A stretch of DNA of 64,000 nucleotides. Source: Emergencia sp. Lineage in GTDB: Bacteria; Bacillota; Clostridia; Peptostreptococcales; Anaerovoracaceae. The translations under genes were made by a program, and so were the position numbers. The notes under the pieces were generated by a model, which worked only from the letters and a program-made list of their open reading frames with translations, searched no databases and was not told the DNA's origin. The stretch covers positions 663 through 64,662 of the forward strand of contig JAZUBY010000067.1 of NCBI GenBank assembly GCA_045638885.1. Reading direction: 5' to 3'. Shown piece by piece: positions 61,697 to 64,000 of the stretch (position 1 is its first letter; every line of letters starts with the position of its first letter).

Positions 61697-62437
61697 CTAA
61701 ATCCCTTTCTCATAAATATTTAAGATTTCGTTGGTATAGCTCCCATCTTCATTATGTACGGCCAAAGGCGGCAATACTCTCAGCTCCGGATTGCCGTGTT
61801 TCACGCAATGAACCAGCAGAATATTAGGCTTTTCCATCGGTTTTCCACTAACAAAACGCAGTTCCTTTGGCTCCAGTTTATACTTTCTGCAGCACGTTGC
61901 AATATCAATCAATCTATCTGGTCTGTGAACCATATAAAAGTCGCCTTTGTCCCTGAGCAGCTTTGCCGCCAGCTTCAGAAAATCGTCCAAAGTCCCCGTA
62001 GTCTCACGCCTTGCAATAGCTTTTGCCAGATTTTGGCTGTTCAACCCGCCGCCTCCAACAAAGTATGGCGGATTTGTCGTTACTACATCAAAACTGCCAG
62101 CCAGCTCTTCCTGATGAGAAAAACAGCTTACATCTCCGTGAAAACCATATAAGCGGTCTTCCAGCCTGTTATAAGCAATATTCTTTTCTACCAGTTCAAA
62201 AGAATGATCCTGCACTTCCAGACAGGCAATATAGGATGCGCTTGTTTTGTGGGACAGGATTAGCGGTACAATACCCGTTCCGGTTCCCAGATCCATAATG
62301 CGGCAGTTCTTACGCTTCTTTGCAGCCTGCGCAGCGAAATCAGCAAGAAGAACTGCATCTACACCATAGCAAAATTCTTCCGGTTCCTGAAAAATCCCAA
62401 TATTTCCAAATCCGGTTTCATCAAAACGCAATGCCAT
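61697..62437 (-). CDS. tRNA1(Val) A37 N6-methyltransferase (YabB-like)
   Basis: DAVLLADF, DLGTGTG, NPPYF, VHRPDRL. Confidence 0.9.
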   Translation of the reverse strand: MALRFDETGFGNIGIFQEPEEFCYGVDAVLLADFAAQAAKKRKNCRIMDLGTGTGIVPLILSHKTSASYIACLEVQDHSFELVEKNIAYNRLEDRLYGFHGDVSCFSHQEELAGSFDVVTTNPPYFVGGGGLNSQNLAKAIARRETTGTLDDFLKLAAKLLRDKGDFYMVHRPDRLIDIATCCRKYKLEPKELRFVSGKPMEKPNILLVHCVKHGNPELRVLPPLAVHNEDGSYTNEILNIYEKGI

Positions 62438-62441
62438 AATC

Positions 62442-63368
62442 CTATTCCTTAATCAATGCCTTCAATTCATCAATATATTCTGCGTCAACTTCATCTAAGA
62501 TATTCTTCTGATTCTGACGCTGTCCCTTCTTCTGGCCTAATCTTTTCACGTCTTCTTTCTTATAAGTGAAAATTTCAGTGCCTAACTTTTCATCACCGTT
62601 ATCATCCTTTTCGCCAGTATACAGTCTGACTCTCACTTTACTCTCCAGGATGTTCGTATCTACAACCTTGCCCATGCCGTCTTTCGTCTTTACCTTTTCA
62701 CCGTTGTCAGGCAGGCCTTTTCGCAATTCCATATACACATCGTTTTCATATTTCAGACAGCACATCAGTCTGCCGCAGATGCCGGAAATCTTAGTTGGGT
62801 TCAGAGACAGGTTCTGCACTTTGGCCATTTTAATAGATACCGGTTCAAAATCTGCAAGCCAGGAATTACAGCAAAGACTTCTTCCACAGGATCCAATACC
62901 GCCTAACATCTTTGCCTCATCTCTTACACCAATCTGGCGCAGTTCAATACGCATTTTGAACACGCTTGCCAGGTCTTTTACCAATTCTCTAAAGTCAACT
63001 CTGCCATCTGCCGTGAAATAGAAAATAATCTTATTATTATCAAAGGTGTATTCTACGTCAATCAGTTTCATTTCCAGGCCGTGTTTGTCCACTTTTTCCT
63101 GGCACTGTGCCATAGCTTTTGCCTTCTTCTTTTCATTTTCATCATGTCTGCGGATATCTTCGTCCGTTGCCATTCTGACAATCTTTTTCAGAGGCTGCAC
63201 AACGTCGCCTTCCTTAATATCCGTAATTCCCATCGTTACTGTACCAAACTCCAGTCCTCTTGCAGTTTCTACAATAACAGGGTCATTCACTTCAACATTA
63301 AATTCGCCTGGATCGAAGAAATATACTTTCCCCGCACTCTTAAATCTTACTCCAGCTACTTTTACCAT
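62442..63368 (-). CDS. yaaT: PSP1-domain protein YaaT/RicT
   Basis: RVDFRELVKDL, GGIGSCGRSLCC, SGICGRLMCCL. Confidence 0.94.
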   Translation of the reverse strand: MVKVAGVRFKSAGKVYFFDPGEFNVEVNDPVIVETARGLEFGTVTMGITDIKEGDVVQPLKKIVRMATDEDIRRHDENEKKKAKAMAQCQEKVDKHGLEMKLIDVEYTFDNNKIIFYFTADGRVDFRELVKDLASVFKMRIELRQIGVRDEAKMLGGIGSCGRSLCCNSWLADFEPVSIKMAKVQNLSLNPTKISGICGRLMCCLKYENDVYMELRKGLPDNGEKVKTKDGMGKVVDTNILESKVRVRLYTGEKDDNGDEKLGTEIFTYKKEDVKRLGQKKGQRQNQKNILDEVDAEYIDELKALIKE

Positions 63369-63370
63369 AT

Positions 63371-64000
63371 TTATCCTCCAATTTTCAAAATCAGATTTCT
63401 GATTGCATATTTATAGTTTACATTGGCCAGAAGATCACGTCTGGCTTCTTCCACATAACCTACATTTTTAATAATCTGCTCTTTTCGGAAAGGACTAGCC
63501 TGACCATCCAGCAGATATTCACGAAACAATCTTTCCATTCCGTCCAGGAACAGAAAGGCTTCTTTCCTATCTTTTACATATTTCGTTAACTTATCCTTAA
63601 TGTCGCAGAAATACCCGTCGCCGGCTGCCATACCTACAATCTCTCGTACATGGCTTAAATCCATTTCGCTATTGTCAGTTACATAATTTCCTAATCGGTA
63701 AATAATGCATCTGGACGTAATCGTCTGCAGCAGGTTCTCCGTATTCTCCGATAAAAGAAACAAAATTGTTCCCGCATTGGGCTCTTCCAAAGTCTTCAGC
63801 AAACGGTTCTGCGCACGCACAGTCATCGTATCAGCATCCTCGATGATGGCAATATTACGCATGCCGCCGGTTGGCTTTCCCTTCAGTTTCTCCTGCAACT
63901 GCGAAATCATACTATCCTTTACAGATAAATCATCCGACTGCACCATATACAGATCCTCATAATTATCGTGATCTATCTTGCGGCAAGTCGCACAAAAGTC
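63371..64000 (-). CDS. holB: DNA polymerase III delta' subunit, 5'-truncated by window edge
   Basis: Frame open to the edge (DFCATCRKI zinc motif), IIEDADTMT, QNRLLKTLEEP, TITSRC. Confidence 0.92.
   Translation of the reverse strand, partial: DFCATCRKIDHDNYEDLYMVQSDDLSVKDSMISQLQEKLKGKPTGGMRNIAIIEDADTMTVRAQNRLLKTLEEPNAGTILFLLSENTENLLQTITSRCIIYRLGNYVTDNSEMDLSHVREIVGMAAGDGYFCDIKDKLTKYVKDRKEAFLFLDGMERLFREYLLDGQASPFRKEQIIKNVGYVEEARRDLLANVNYKYAIRNLILKIGG

Noticed and set aside
61021-64000. absence of yabA and rsmI from the holB-yaaT-abrB cluster
   Set aside because: Variation in this cluster is common in Clostridia and cannot be judged from one window.

Overview
64 kb of chromosome from an anaerobic Bacillota (Clostridia-type gene order and SigA promoters; an amino-acid-fermenting Anaerovoracaceae-like organism is plausible but is inference). 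Most genes run on the minus strand. Core content: rlmD, a CoA-transferase, a DEAD-box helicase, a complete 9-gene V/A-type ATPase operon with Na+-type ligands, murB-PHP-rapZ ... whiA, kce, panF, dsdA, an rnfB-like/PFOR/nfnAB redox operon, an LCP protein, fbp, spoIID, murA, abrB, yaaT and partial holB. Notable or accessory parts: (1) a ~6.9 kb element integrated in tRNA-Arg(ACG) with exact 39-bp att repeats (44480-44518, 51383-51421), carrying integrase, a repressor/xis switch, a putative oriT, and a coupled DUF3800 + RNase-like gene pair followed by a convergent promoter-driven ~60-nt RNA (candidate protein-RNA defence or toxin-antitoxin module); (2) an 82-bp palindromic tandem array next to a lone PD-(D/E)xK-like nuclease gene; (3) an uncharacterised operon built around a ~1590-aa HD + HxGH-nucleotidyltransferase + PRTase protein with an atypical LDH-like enzyme and an Fe-S flavoprotein; (4) a displaced, synonymously recoded copy of the rlmD 3' end marking an old integration site. 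No CRISPR array or rRNA was seen. All family calls come from visual motif recognition, not database searches.
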